From assembly GCF_009914755.1 (NCBI RefSeq), contig NC_060932.1: a stretch of DNA of 64,000 nt, one strand, 5' to 3'. Below the pieces are notes generated by a model. It did not search any database. It was not told the origin of the DNA and worked only from the letters and a program-made list of their open reading frames with translations. Source of the stretch: the human T2T-CHM13v2.0 reference genome, Homo sapiens. Of the stretch, positions 1-12,759 are shown piece after piece; the stretch's first letter is position 1; the number at the start of each line of letters is the position of its first letter. The position numbers and the translations under genes are program-made.

Positions 1-57
1 CCCCACAACAGGCCCCGGTGTGTGATGTTCCCCTTCCTGTGTCCAAGTGTTCTCATC
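1..57 (-). mobile_element. L1PA 3' UTR fragment (5'-truncated L1 that continues off the left edge of the window)
   Basis: ccccacaacaggccccggtgtgtgatgttccccttcctgtgtccaagtgttctcat is the antisense L1PA 3' UTR. Confidence 0.85.
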
Positions 58-224
58 GGACTTTCTATCTTATTTTAAGACCAATTCAGCCACCAAGGTG
101 TACTTATAGATCGCAGCCCAGAGCTGTCCACCCTGAACTCTACTAACTTTGACTATTAACTAATTGATAGCAGCAGAGAATGTGCTAGTGGGAATGAGTG
201 ACTGTGGCAGATGCCGCTTAAATG

Positions 225-392
225 ATTTGGATTAAAATTCTGTTTCTGCCTCATCGTAACGAGGAAACTTTGGCCAAGCCAGTTTCCTCCTCCGTGTCTC
301 AATTTTCTCAGTTGTAAAATAAGGATGATGACAATGCCTACCTCACTGCTCTGGAGGAATAAACAGTCTCATGTGTGCCGAAGCCTCTGCTT
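225..392 (+). mobile_element. MIR SINE relic
   Basis: MIR-like core tctcaattttctcagttgtaaaataaggatgatgacaatgcctacctca. Confidence 0.65.
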
Positions 393-619
393 GACATATA
401 ATGGACTTTTCTCATGATAGCCAAAGTCTTTTTTTTTGCAGATGAGAAAAAAAGAATAAGCTGGCTGTCCAACATCACTTAGCAACAAAATTGCTAGCAC
501 GGTGAGCCAGCAAGATGATGCCAAAAGAATACCTTGAACTTGGGCATCAAAAAGACCTGGATCAAACCCTAGCTCTGTCATTTATCACCTTTGTGGCTCT
601 AAGCAAATTTCTCTCTTGC

Positions 620-945
620 CTCAGGGCTCTTTCCCATTGCCTGAGGTGTTCTTTCCCGACATCCTTCATGGAAGAAGACATATTCCACTCCTTCAGATCT
701 CTGCTCAAAAGGCCATTTGATCAGGGAAGGTTGCTGAGTGTCCTGCATCACTCCTTTACCCTGCTTGAGGTGGTCATCTGACATATCAACTTTTTAATTC
801 TTTTATCTTCTGTCTTGCATTGCATGACAATGCAAGCTCTTTGAGAACAAAGATATCTGTGTGTTTTATTCCCTGCTAAAGCTCTATGTCCTAGAACGCC
901 ACCCGGCATAGACAAGGTACATAATGCATATTTGTTGAATAGGTG
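620..945 (+). mobile_element. L2 LINE 3' end
   Basis: tccttcagatctctgctcaaa ... tgcaagctctttgagaacaaaga ... cctagaac ... atatttgttgaat is a typical L2 tail. Confidence 0.7.
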
Positions 946-1176
946 TGGAATGAAAGGGTCTTAATTTCTCTAAGCTTAAATTCTTCATGGAATGAAAACA
1001 CCTATCTCACCAGATCATTGTGGAGAAAGCTTTTAAATGCTTAGCATCAGGACATGAATTGCTGGCCGATATCAGTGCAATGATAATGGTGAGGTCTATA
1101 GACCCCTGTGGCTGTGGCAACACTTTTCATAGGCTGCCCCTGCCTCTGAAAGCTTTTGTCAAAGGAAGATTTGGGT

Positions 1177-1305
1177 CAGTGTTTCCCACATCTGGCTGCA
1201 GATCAGCATCCATGGGAGCCTTGTAGAAGCGCAGCTTTCTGGGCCCTGCTGTGATCATTCTGACCCAGATCCCTGGATGGAGCTCAGGAATCAGTGTTTT
1301 TAAAA
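1177..1305. mobile_element. MER5A-like hAT-Charlie DNA transposon relic
   Basis: cagtgtttccca..ctggctgcagatcagcatcc..ctgggccc..ctcaggaatcagtgttttaaa. Confidence 0.55.
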
Positions 1306-1960
1306 TATTGCGGTAGCCATGGAATTTCCCCTTTAGGAATTAGAAAGGAGGCAACTCCAGAGAGAGGTATTGTGATGTCAGTTACCAGTGCTTCCTGTGA
1401 AGATCATTATCATTAAAAAGAATAAATACTTCCTGAACAACATAAAGGGTACATATAAAAAGCACAAGTATAAGTGAAGGAAAGGGAGCCAAGAACTATT
1501 GACCAGAGAGAACTTGCTCGCAAGGAGTAAGCAGCTTGGTGAGATACAGAAACTACTCTAGCCACATCCATAGCAGACAGGCTGCATTTCTGTAGATGAA
1601 GCCAATGAAAGCAACGTGATAATTATATTTCTTTTTTAAAACGCTGACACTGCTGAGTAGCAAGCAGGTAGTAAATGCTTGCAAGACTGTTTGCATTGCT
1701 GAGTGTTTAATCTTTTAATTATTACTCTTGGAGTTTTTTTTTTTTTTTCAATGTAATGCTAATAAGCAAACACATGGCCTCTTTCTTGAACTTAATTTCG
1801 TGCATGGAGTGTTGACACAACTGTGAATCCCTGCAGTGCAAAATACTGGGGCCAAGAGTTAAACCCATTGGATAAACAAACTGAAATCATCCTGTGTTTA
1901 CAATAAAATAAGAGTATACATAAGTAACCAGGCTGATATTTTCTTAGTAATTATCTAGAT

Positions 1961-2150
1961 CCGTGCTGTCCAATACTGTAGCCATTAGTCACATGTGGCT
2001 TTTTTAATTTAATTAAAATCGAATTAAAAATTCCTCAGTTGTCCTAGACACTTTTCAAGTGCTCAGTGACCACATGGGGCTACGGGCTATCGTGCTGGAC
2101 AACACAAACTAGAGCATTTCCATCATGACATATGCTGTTGGACAATGCTG
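1961..2150 (+). mobile_element. MER3 hAT-Charlie MITE
   Basis: gtgctgtccaatactgtagccattagtcacatgtggc ... ttggacaatgctg, with the internally palindromic MER3 structure. Confidence 0.85.
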
Positions 2151-2689
2151 ATGGAAATTTTCTAGAAGTGTGTGGAAATCTGCAACATATGGTATACGCT
2201 AAACAACAAAATGGGCCCAAAGCACAAAAAATGTGTTGTTGAGAAATTTGAGTCTTAGAGCCAGATTTTACAACCTTGTTGTCTTGAACATTTAAGAAGG
2301 GGCTGTAAATTATTGATAGGAGGACACTATCTATATATTAAGGAGACAATTGAAGTGGCTGTGCGTGGATGTTTGGAAGCTCTCTCCCAAAGAGTGACTT
2401 TGCTTGGGAAGGAAATAGAAAGATGAGACTTCTGTTCTTCCTAGTCTCCCTTGCAAGGATGGCTGTGCTTCTCACAGCCCCTCACCAGGGGAAGGAAGAT
2501 AAAATGAGAAGCGTTCATATTTGGATCAGTATTTGCATTGCTATGCCCTAAGAAAGAAAACCAGATTGGATTTGAGAGTGATGTTACCTGAACTCACACT
2601 GTCTCTGCCCTGTTGATCACCTTCTCTTCTCATAGCAAAGGCAAGCTGGAGTCCTACAAACCGGGGGCTGCTTCACTGTAATATTTAAA

Positions 2690-2890
2690 CTGCAGAATCA
2701 GCCTTAATAAGATCTGGCTGTGTGACATTGGTCAAGTTATTTCACCTCTATGAGCTTCAGCTATCCTGTCAGTAAAATGGCAGTAACAATGTGTCCATCT
2801 GATGGAGCTGTTTTCAGGGGAAAATAAGACAGTGCATAAATGCACTGAACATGGTGCCTGCCTCATGACATACACATAATAAATGGTCTA
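2690..2890 (+). mobile_element. MIR SINE
   Basis: gctgtgtgacattggtcaagttatttcacctctatgagcttcag..gtaaaatgg..aacatggtgcctg. Confidence 0.75.
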
Positions 2891-2964
2891 TCATAATGCA
2901 TGCACGCAGCACCAATCTCAGTTTTGCTATTAATTAATTGCTTCACTAAACATATTAATGCTTT

Positions 2965-3110
2965 TGTGTTGATTTCCTCATCTGTAAGTTGTCAATGATG
3001 TTACCACCTATGTGGAAGTTTGTTATGAGAATCAAATGGAATGAACTACGCCAAGGAGCACTGACATGGGTTGACACACAGTAGGAGCTTCATGGACGTT
3101 GTTGCTACTT
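2965..3110 (+). mobile_element. MIR SINE fragment
   Basis: tttcctcatctgtaa..gttatgagaatcaaatg..gacacacagtaggagct. Confidence 0.6.
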
Positions 3111-3463
3111 TTGGCCTAAAAACGTCTTTGGGAGCAAAACCTATTTAATTCTCAAGCTTTTAAAGTTTTTCTAGCATTCTTTCCATTCTCCAGAGGATAG
3201 GGGTGCAGAGCTCCATTCCATATCAGAAGGCCCCTGAGTACCATGGGCAGGTCAGTGGGTGAGAACAGAAAACGTCAACTGGGCTTGTTGCTGAAGCCTC
3301 AGCTTCTTATGTAGAGAGACTTCGTTCACTGGAAGCTGCCTCCCTGCAACAGCTGGGCTTGTGTGCTGGTGGAAGAGTGGCAGCCCTGTGGATCTGCTCT
3401 GCTTTTCCCCCCTAGAGTAACTAATCTGCACATTTACCTGGGGCTTTCCACCACTCCATGTGA

Positions 3464-3654
3464 TTTTTTTTTTTTTAATTTTTAAAAATTTGTTTAACTT
3501 TTTTTAGAGACAGGGTCTTGTTCTGTTGCTCAGGCTAGAGTGCAGTGGCAGGATCAGAGCTCACTGCAGCCTTCAACTCCTGACCACAAACAATCCTCCC
3601 ACCTTGGCCTCCCAAAGTGCTGGGATTAAAGACATAAGCCACTACACCTGGCCA
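3464..3654 (-). mobile_element. Alu monomer (FRAM-like, or a left/right-arm recombinant of AluJ)
   Basis: T-rich tail, then right-arm 3' sequence joined to a left-arm-type 5' end (cccaaagtgctgggatta..ggcc); diverged TSD actccatgtgatttt / acccacgtggtttt. Confidence 0.85.
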
Positions 3655-4896
3655 CCCACGTGGTTTTCACAGCACCCCAGGAAGAAGGCAGATTGTACTG
3701 ATGTGGAAGCTGACCCTCAGAAAGGAGGAATACTTTTTGCGAAGACAGCTTGTACATGGCGAGGCTGGGACGAGAGCCTAAGACCTCGAATCCTACTTCT
3801 GTTTTGCTTTGTCTTTTTCACTGTAACTTCCCTTGCACTGTCTCTCAGAGCTCTGTATCCTCTGTAGCATCCCCCAGGCCCTGCCCAGCCTTGTTTTGCC
3901 TACTGCAGCCCCTGCTCCATGCATACCCCATCTCCTCTAATAGCTTCATCCTTACAGCATGACTGAAGTAAATGTAACTTGACCAAAATGATTCTTTCTA
4001 AAGGCACAATGACTAATATTTACCAGAAGGTTTGGAAAAAAGAGACTGGATTATTCTAACCACATCACATTGTGGCGAATTCCAGGCACTCAACAACACC
4101 AGATCTCGAGGCAAGGGGCAGAGTGGGAGGCATAGCTTTGCTGCTAATCGGCAGGTGACATCGGGCTGTCTTCTTAAACCTGAGCCTCAGCCTCTTCATG
4201 TATGAAATGAAGTCATTCAACCCTAAAGCTTTCAGAAGGCACATCCAGCTCTAGGATTCTTTGAAATAAGGAGAAGCATTTCAACCGCTGAAGAGATCAT
4301 GTTGCTTCATTCTCCTCCTCCTGTTTTGGGTAAGGATGCACCTGGATTTGGAGATCGTATCAAGGTGAGACATGGTCAGTTTCCCTTGACATCCTGCAGC
4401 AACTCCCTGTGCAGGGAGCTATGGGGACATAAACCTCAAGATTCCACTCTCCTTGGAAATCCCTAAAGATTCTTCCTTTTTCTTTAGTCTCCAGGGAATC
4501 TCTTGTTCCCTTTTGGACCAGGTCCAAAGGTTGTTACTATTCAATTCTTACGTTTGTCTCCATATCTTCTCCTTCTGCCAATAGCCTGCACAGTTCTCCT
4601 AAGAGGCAGGAGGGGTGATCGTGTGTGTCTAAAGTTTCTTCAGCTTTTGACACAGCCACAAATAAAACCTTTAGGCAAGGAAATCAAGCTGTAACAGAGA
4701 AGAGCAAACTATCTGTAATGGTGAAGATGAAATACAAATTAATACTCCAATTCTGTCGTCAACATGTATATGTATACATCAGCCAGGGTCTAATGAGCAC
4801 AATTCAATACTCGTCAAACATCTATTGAGCACCTACCATATAGGTGCTTATTTGCAAATTGGTTTATAGTTTACAGAGCATAGATTATGCACTGAA

Positions 4897-5830
4897 TTAG
4901 TCAAGGTTCTACCAGTGGCAAAAAAATGAAAACCAGTTCTAACTGTAACTAACTTTTTAAAAACGTATGTATATGTGTGCACATGTGCATGTGTGGTGGG
5001 TGTGATTTACTGGAAGAATACTAGGGCAGTTCAGAGAAACAAACAAAGAGCATCTAAGACACAGGAGGGTAGGAACTTTGCGCCCTTTGGGACTGCATCA
5101 GTCAGAGTCAAACTTAGTGAACCAAAACTATTCTAGGTCTTTTGAGTAGATGGCATTTAATACAGAGAAGTGGTTACACAGGAGATGGAATAACTGAAAA
5201 ATCCAAACAGAGGACAGCAACGTCACCCAGATTAGCAGTAGCAAAAAGCCTACTTCTGGGGCTAAATGTTTTCATTTCATTGGGAGAAGGTGATACTCAA
5301 ATTCACAAGTGGGGTTCTGTACTAAGAGCTGGAACTATGATAGGGCTGCCTCATCAGGTGCTAGGACACCAGGGTGAGATGGTTACTTTAAATTGGCATT
5401 GAAGCTACTGAAAAGAGACAAAATCACTGCTGAAGACACCAAAGGGAACAGAAAGGTGGGAGAAATACCTGGTTCTTCCCTCCCCTTGCCCACCAGTCTT
5501 CTGCCTGAGCTTCCCGCTGCCTGAGCCTACCCAGAAGGCAGCTGGCAAGGGTGCTGGGGTATGCAGCTGCCTGCAATACAGAGTATTGCAGAAGAGAAGA
5601 GTCTGCGAGGAGGCAGGCAAATGGCCAGCTTGGAAACCTCAGCCATCCTTACTCCAGAGCACGGCCCCCAGTGCTAAGCTAACTAAGCTTGACTTAGCTA
5701 AGCCAACTTTAGTCCCTGGCTTATTGTCTTAAAGGTTCAAGTTCCCAGCAAGGAATGTAATGGCCCCAGCTTGCTTCAGGCAATTCCTCTGGAAGCTCAG
5801 CTATGGTCAAGGCACAGGGTCAGTAAGGGA
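4897..5830 (-). mobile_element. Old MaLR LTR (MLT1K/L-like) interrupted by an LTR33-like element
   Basis: ttagtcaaggttct..aaaaccagttctaactg..tttactggaagaata and gttcaagttccc..ggccccagcttg; edges approximate. Confidence 0.4.
5094..5625 (-). mobile_element. ERVL LTR (LTR33/LTR41-like)
   Basis: agaaatacctggttcttccctccccttgcccaccagtcttctgcc..cccagaaggcagctggcaaggg motif. Confidence 0.6.
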
Positions 5831-6689
5831 ACTGTTGGGAGTTCCCCCATCCCTGACCTCCTCCAATATAAAATTATAGCAGATACATTTTCTCACTTAA
5901 TGTCCTGGGAACTGGTCTTTATTTTCAGCTTACTCTGCAGACAAAGACACTGAAGCTCAGCAAGAGAGAATAATTTCCCACATAGCGTGTGATGGCCAAG
6001 AGCTACGTGGAGTCACAGAGTTTGGACTCAAATTACGACTTTGACTCTCATTGGCTGAGTAACGTTGAACAGACAATTCGACCTCATAGCATTATTGGGA
6101 AGATACAATAAGATCACACACACATACATCCACACACACACACGCACATGCAGGTACACACAGACCTGGCAAAGCTGGTATTCAGAAATCCCTATTTCCA
6201 ACAGAGCAGCTGCTTTTCTTTGCATGTCATGACCCAATTCATGGAAGGTTTTAGCAGGTTAGTGAGCTTTCCCATCTTATTAAATAAGGCTGTTGTGATG
6301 CAAAAGGTCACTCAGAGTGATCTGCATTACACAGGAAGATGCGATTAATATCTTCTAATCCGTGCATTCTCAACATGGTGCCAGGGGATGGTGGTGGTAC
6401 AAAAATTGGTTCTTGAGGAAAGAAAGTATCTTACTCTTTTTGTGTATAGAGCACATATACACACATAGAGTATGTGAAGGACTATAGAATATGTTTTTGG
6501 TATTAAAATTTCATGGGGGAAAGTGGTGATTAGGAAAAACATATGTAAAAGGCTCCTTAGGCAGGCAATAATCAGATGCCCTTAGCTCTCACTAGAAAGT
6601 CTTTTATTGCTCAATAGAGAGTCATTCCTGCCATGCCCATGGGAGACTTTTGGGGGCAGGTAGCTGATATCCTCTGACTTAAGAGAAGC

Positions 6690-6900
6690 ACGGGGCATAG
6701 AGGTCATGCTATGGGCTTTTGAATCAGATAGAAGTGACAGTCTCTATTGCATCCTAACCACATGCCCTGGGAAGCTACTTTGCCTCTCTGAGCCTCAGTT
6801 TCTTTAACTCTGAATTGTGGATGGTTATTTTTCCTTGCAGACACGTGGAAAGTGTGGGAGACAAAACCTGTGAGGCACAGTAAGTGGCACGTTTTTGCTG
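6690..6900 (+). mobile_element. MIR SINE
   Basis: gggcttttgaatcagatag..ctctgagcctcagtttc..ggcacagtaagtg. Confidence 0.7.
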
Positions 6901-7638
6901 CTCCATGCAAGGCGCTTGGATCACCCTAACTTTGCTCAAGGCTGAGACTTGAAGCCTTTTTCTCATTTCTGATTTTCATATCACGCTGTCTTGTTCTCTC
7001 TCTCCCATCTCCTGACTCCTTACTCCTCCCCACCCCTGACTCATGGGCCTAATATCTTTCCCTGCATCTGACTTTCCTCCAACGTATAGGACCCACCCTG
7101 GGGTCCACACCAGTCCTACCAAGTGCTAGACTTTCCTTGCCTGCCCTTAGTGGCTTTTGAGAGTAGATCAGACAGTCTTGTCTGTCCCTGAGTCCTGTCC
7201 ACTCACCCTTAGCCATACACCAGGGATGCAACAATTATCCCATGCAATGATTATCCTGTGTGGCTTAGATGGTGGTTCTGCCTTCAGAATTCCAAGACAA
7301 GGCATTGTTCCCCACGCAGTCTCAGAGGCCTGGCATTGCAGAGCCAGTTTCTCTGTTTGTGCCCAAGCTGGCAATTCTCTAGCTTCCTGCCTGGGTGCTA
7401 AGTCTTTAATGCTGCCCTTCCTATGTTATTGCCAGTGGGTGGTGGAGAAGTTCTCTGCAAACACTCAAGATCTGCCTCCTTCACAAATGACTGCTTCTGC
7501 TTTGTCTCAGTTCACCTATAGGTTCTTCAAATACAGACCTGGCTCTAAACCCCTCTGCATTGGTGTTTTTTACTAATTCATTTATCGTTCATCCATCCAC
7601 CCATTTGATCACTCAGCAAACATATATCAGTCACTTAC

Positions 7639-8268
7639 TGTATTAGTTTCCTAGTGCTGTCCTAACAAAGTGCCACAAAATGAGTGGTTTGAAACAACAG
7701 AAATGGACTGTCTCATGGTTCTGGAGGGTAGGATTGCACATTCAAGGTGTGGACATGCTCCCTCTGAAGGCTCTAGAGAAGAAGTCTTCCTTATCTCTTC
7801 CTAGCTTCTGGTGGTTGCTGGAAATCTCTTGGGTTCTTTGGCATGCAGATGCATTACATCAATATATTCCTCCTTCTTCATACCATCTTCCCTGTGTGTC
7901 TCTCAGTCTCTTAAATTTTTTTGTAGAAATGGGATCTCACTATGTTGCCCAGGTGGTCTTAACTCCTATCTTCAAGTGATTCTCCCACTTCAGCCTCTCA
8001 AAGTGCTGGGATTACAGGCATAAGCCACTGTACCTGGCCTCTCTCTGTCTCTTCACATATCATTTTTATCTCTGTGTATCTATCTCCAAATTTCCCTCAT
8101 TTTATAAGGACCTGAGTCATAGAATTTGAGCCCACCCTAATCCAGTATGGCCCCATCTTAACTTGACTACATCTGCCAAGTCCCTGTTTCCAAATAAGGT
8201 CAGATTTACAGATACTGAGGGTTAGGATATCAACATATCTTTTTAGGAATGTGATTCAACCCACAATA
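7639..8268 (-). mobile_element. MLT1C-like MaLR solo LTR inserted in an L2 tail
   Basis: tgtattagtttcctagtgctg..aaacaacagaaat..tctggagg..ccaaataaggtca..attcaacccacaata; L2 tail sequence resumes on both sides. Confidence 0.85.
7912..8039 (-). mobile_element. FLAM_C / Alu left monomer inserted in the MLT1C
   Basis: Left-arm sequence only; TSD tctctcagtctctt / tctctctgtctctt. Confidence 0.85.
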
Positions 8269-8301
8269 TCTACTATTTGCCAAGGCCTGTCTGTGCTAGA
8301 C

Positions 8302-8600
8302 TGTGACCAAGCAATGGACTCACTGCTAAATTTTATTGTGAGTCAACTGGTAAGGAGACAGGAGGCGACACTCAAAGCTGTCTCCCCTATCTGGGATGAG
8401 TCAAGCTTTTATGACGTTCCTAACTAGTCCCAGGTGATGCTAATGTAGCCGCTCAGCCAGGCTGGTCATGTTAACAGTTAGAAGGTTAAGGCTTTTTCCC
8501 ATTGAGCATGCCCAAGCCACATGACTTGCAGTCTTTGCTCTACCTTATCTATAGCAACTTAAGCAATGACTAATTGGCTTGAGCTGGTCCCATGGTTACA
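8302..8600. mobile_element. ERV solo LTR-like element (family uncertain)
   Basis: TG..CA termini (tgtgaccaag..ggttaca); LTR-like aaggagacaggagg..ctcaaagctgtctccc. Confidence 0.5.
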
Positions 8601-9122
8601 GTATTACTGCCCAATTCTTAGTGTGGGCTCCATGAGTTCATACCTTCAAGGTACATTCAAGCCATGAGGGGTCATCAAACTAATTCTTTGTTTCTGCCCA
8701 GTCATCATTCTCAGGCAACTGCCTGGATCTCTGGCCATCTCTTTCCATTAGAGCTAATTTTTTCAGATTTAAACAACAACAACAAAAAAATCATTTAAAA
8801 AATCATCCCATTGTCTGTGTCTAACCTCTAGGAAACAAAAAGTTTAGCTCAGTGGCCTATCTGTGCAAACATCTGCCAGGATGAGGCTGTGCTGCTAGCT
8901 CAGAGTATAATAAGAAGAAATGAGAAAAGGAATTGAATTAGAGGGAACAAGAATAATCACCGGTCTCAGGTTCTCTTGGAAGGAGAAAAAAAACAAGCAA
9001 ACCATGATTTCAATCATTTTCAGGGGAATCCGCACTCCCAGCTTCAAAGATCCAAAAGCTCTACTCAATTTTCCCTTTGGAAACTGGCAGACTCAACAGT
9101 TTCCCAGAAAAATCACTTACTG

Positions 9123-9342
9123 CAAGGGTCAGCAAACTCGTTCTACAAAGGGCCCAATCGTGAATACTTGTAGCTTTGTGGCTGCAGGGTCTCCATCACA
9201 ACTGCTCAGCAATGCTGTTACAGTGAAAGCAGCTGTGGACAATCCACAAAGGACTCCCCCAGCTGTGTCCCAATGAAACCTTGCTTACAAAAAGAGGCAG
9301 TGAACCAGACTTGGCATGTGGGCCATACTTTGCCAACCCTTG
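9123..9342 (+). mobile_element. MER58A hAT-Charlie MITE
   Basis: TIRs caagggtcagcaaa / tttgccaacccttg; internal aaagggcc..aaagcagctgtggacaat. Confidence 0.85.
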
Positions 9343-9444
9343 GGTTATGGCAGAGAATTATGAAGAACCTCCAAGGAACTAAATCTGAGAACCAGAAAGG
9401 GCCTTGAATATGAGCCGGTGGCAGGGAATTGGACTATCTCTGCA

Positions 9445-9740
9445 CAGCCAGTCTAGCTTGCATGTCTCACGATGGGGGTAGGTATGTCTCCAGATCATGT
9501 ACTCCATCTATTCTGTAAGGAAGTTCTTACTTACGCTGAGCTGAAATCCATCTCCCTGTGTCTTCCTCTATTGGTCCTTGGGGCCACATAGAACTGCCCC
9601 AAACTCTTGCACCCAATAGCCCTTTGAATATTTATATCCCCCGAGTCTTCTCTCCTTCAGATAAAACATTCTAAGTTCTTGTGATTATCTTTTTGGCTAA
9701 CATGGCTTTAATTCCTCCCCTTTTCAAATCACCCTCATCA
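9445..9740 (-). mobile_element. L3/CR1 LINE relic
   Basis: aggaagttcttacttacgctgagctgaaatc..attggtcct..agccctttgaatattt..agtcttctctccttcagataaaacat. Confidence 0.55.
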
Positions 9741-10398
9741 TGTGGAATGACGGTTTCAGACAGAAAAGCAGAAAGAGCTGTTACTTGAGACACTCACCAG
9801 GAGGGCGAGGTGATTGGCTTCTGGGTGGCAGAGGACCCTCAGCTGGGGAATGGGATAAGGATGCTGAGCTCACAGAGTTGCTGTGAGGAGGAGATGGAAA
9901 CTATTTGCTCCCATGAAGCCTGGCACACAGAGGGCTCTAGGTAAGTAATTCAGGTACTATCTTGGGACACCAGAAGGAATGGTCAGGGCTGATGAGGAGA
10001 GATGACTCCTGGAAGGTGACTGGCTCCTGCAATGGTGTAGAGAGTGGAAGAGTCCAGCTTGGTGCATTGAAATGGCTTTAATGATTCTGACACAGATGTA
10101 GGTGGAGTAAAACCAGGCAAATGAGGGAACCCATCTGAGTCAATCAGGGCGCTCCCACTGGGGAGATTTATTCGTGTGTTGGTGGTGATGCAGGTGTGCC
10201 AGCAAGCCAGAGGAGACCAGAGCGGAGGTGGTCTTGGCCTCGAAGGGACTGGCAAAATGTCAGCTTGTTCTCTCAGGACGGCTGAAGGATTCTTTGTGTC
10301 TCCTCAATTATGTTAATTCCGATCTTGCAGAATTCTATTTTCAATGTGTGCTTGATTAGAAGGATGGGGACTGGGTTGGGGGTAGGAAAGACTATGGG

Positions 10399-10538
10399 CC
10401 TCTCTCTTTTTCTCCCTCCCTCCCTCTCTCCCTCTCTCTCCCTCCCTCCTTCTCTCTCTCTCCCTCCCTCCCTCTCTCTCTCCCTCTCTGCCTCCCTCTC
10501 TCCCTCACCACCCCCATCTCAATCTCTTCCTCTCCCCA
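10399..10538 (+). repeat. CT-rich polypyrimidine low-complexity tract
   Basis: Almost pure C/T (CT and CCCT units). Confidence 0.9.
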
Positions 10539-11004
10539 TCAACCTGGTCCAAAGGTTTGAAACAGTGGTACTTGCTTTGCTTCAAAATATCATATCTCCT
10601 CACCATCCCTCTCCCTCTGTTGAAACAGACTTTACAAACTATTCAGATTACATAGGAAGAATGGGGGCCAAACTTGGCCTGAATAATGTTAACAATTGCA
10701 ATTTTGTAATTCTAAGGTTCTGAGGACAGATCTGACTGGGTGATAAACTGCCGTTATTTCTCCAAGAGCAATGAATTATTAACCACCCACTCACTTTATC
10801 CCTGCCGTCCCCCTCCCTCAAGGAAACGAAGAATTAACTACCCTGAGGTTATTTTTCCCAGTGTGGTAAAATACGAAACTCCCTTCTCCTGATGCTCCAA
10901 CTTGGGTTTCATCCTCTTTCTGGTCCCTCTCCTGGTAGATAAAGTTAACATGGGGATTCTGATTTAATCTATTTGTCTGGTCAAATAGACTTTCAATTTA
11001 AAAA

Positions 11005-11640
<636 letters not shown>

Positions 11641-11904
11641 GTACAAAATGTTGAAAGAAGCATCGTCTTTGGACATCCCGATCTGGAGATGAGAACAATT
11701 TTCTTCATTACTCAGTAGTGTTCTAATTGGATGCCATTCATGAAAAATAAAGCCTCTATTGACTCCCAGTTGGTCTCCTGATTGGCACTTTTTTGACGTG
11801 TAGGTTGGGGGTCTGGTATTTAACCTAGATGGTATTCATGAGTTCATGATTTTTATGGACCGCCTGCCATTTGCCAAGCACTGTGGTAGGAAATGGGGAT
11901 TTCC

Positions 11905-12497
11905 TGATACCAGTTTGAGTTCTCTGGAAGCAGATGCTGAGGCTGAGTTTTGGGTGCAAGATATTTATTTGGAACCAACGCCTGTAAAAGGGATGAAGAG
12001 GATGCAGGGCTAGGTGAAGAAAGAGTTTGAATTTCGAGGCTGACTGGAAGAAGCTTACATTAGTAAACCCAGGGTTTCTCAGACTCAGCCCATTTGACAT
12101 TTGGGGCCAGATAATTCTTAGTTGTGGAGGCTGTGCTGTGCATGGTCGGACATTTAGCAACATCTCTGGCCTACACCCACTAAGTGCCAGCAGCACCCTG
12201 CTAAGTAATGACAACAAAAATTATCTCCAGAAATTGTCAGACCTTTTGGGAGGAGATGGGGGTACAATCACCCTTGGTTGAGGGCCACTGAATGGTGGGC
12301 TTGGATCAAGACTTATCTCTCAGAGTTGATTCAGAGTGGGCAGAGACATTCAGGTCTTCACTTCTCAGTCACTGCCTGGGGCTGCCCTGGAAAGCTTGAC
12401 CCAGGAAGGAGCCGACAGAGGTGGTTGGCCACGTTCTGCACAGCAGGACAGCGTGCCCTTCCTTGAAGGGGGTCCAGGGCATCTCTCCTGTATGACA
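11905..12497 (-). mobile_element. LTR16-type ERVL 3' LTR, interrupted by MER20
   Basis: gagttctctggaagcagatgctgaggctgag..tgcaagatatttatt ... ccttccttgaagggggtcc. Confidence 0.7.
12070..12290 (-). mobile_element. MER20 hAT-Charlie MITE
   Basis: cagggtttctca..tttgacatttggggccagataattctt..ggcctacacccacta..ggttgagggccactg. Confidence 0.9.
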
Positions 12498-12759
12498 GCC
12501 CATGCTTGCATCCTCAGCTTCACTTCTCCATATGCCATGGGAGGCAGCTGCTCTAGGATGTTGGCTAGCTCTTTGTCCTAAGGGGATGACCACAGCCTCT
12601 GCCACAGCCGTTGTCATCGGGACCACAGTTGACACTCTCTGCTTCTCTTCTCCTGTCTCCAATCTAAATTCCCCTCAGACTTAAATACCACCCATCCATC
12701 TGGCTACCTCTGAAATCTCAGCTTTATAGATGGCTGGATGCAATGCCCAGTGCTCTTCT

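Noticed and set aside
6841-6879. + strand 39-nt segment bounded by ttccttgcag and gtaagt
   Set aside because: It lies inside a MIR, where such motifs come from the consensus; no independent support.
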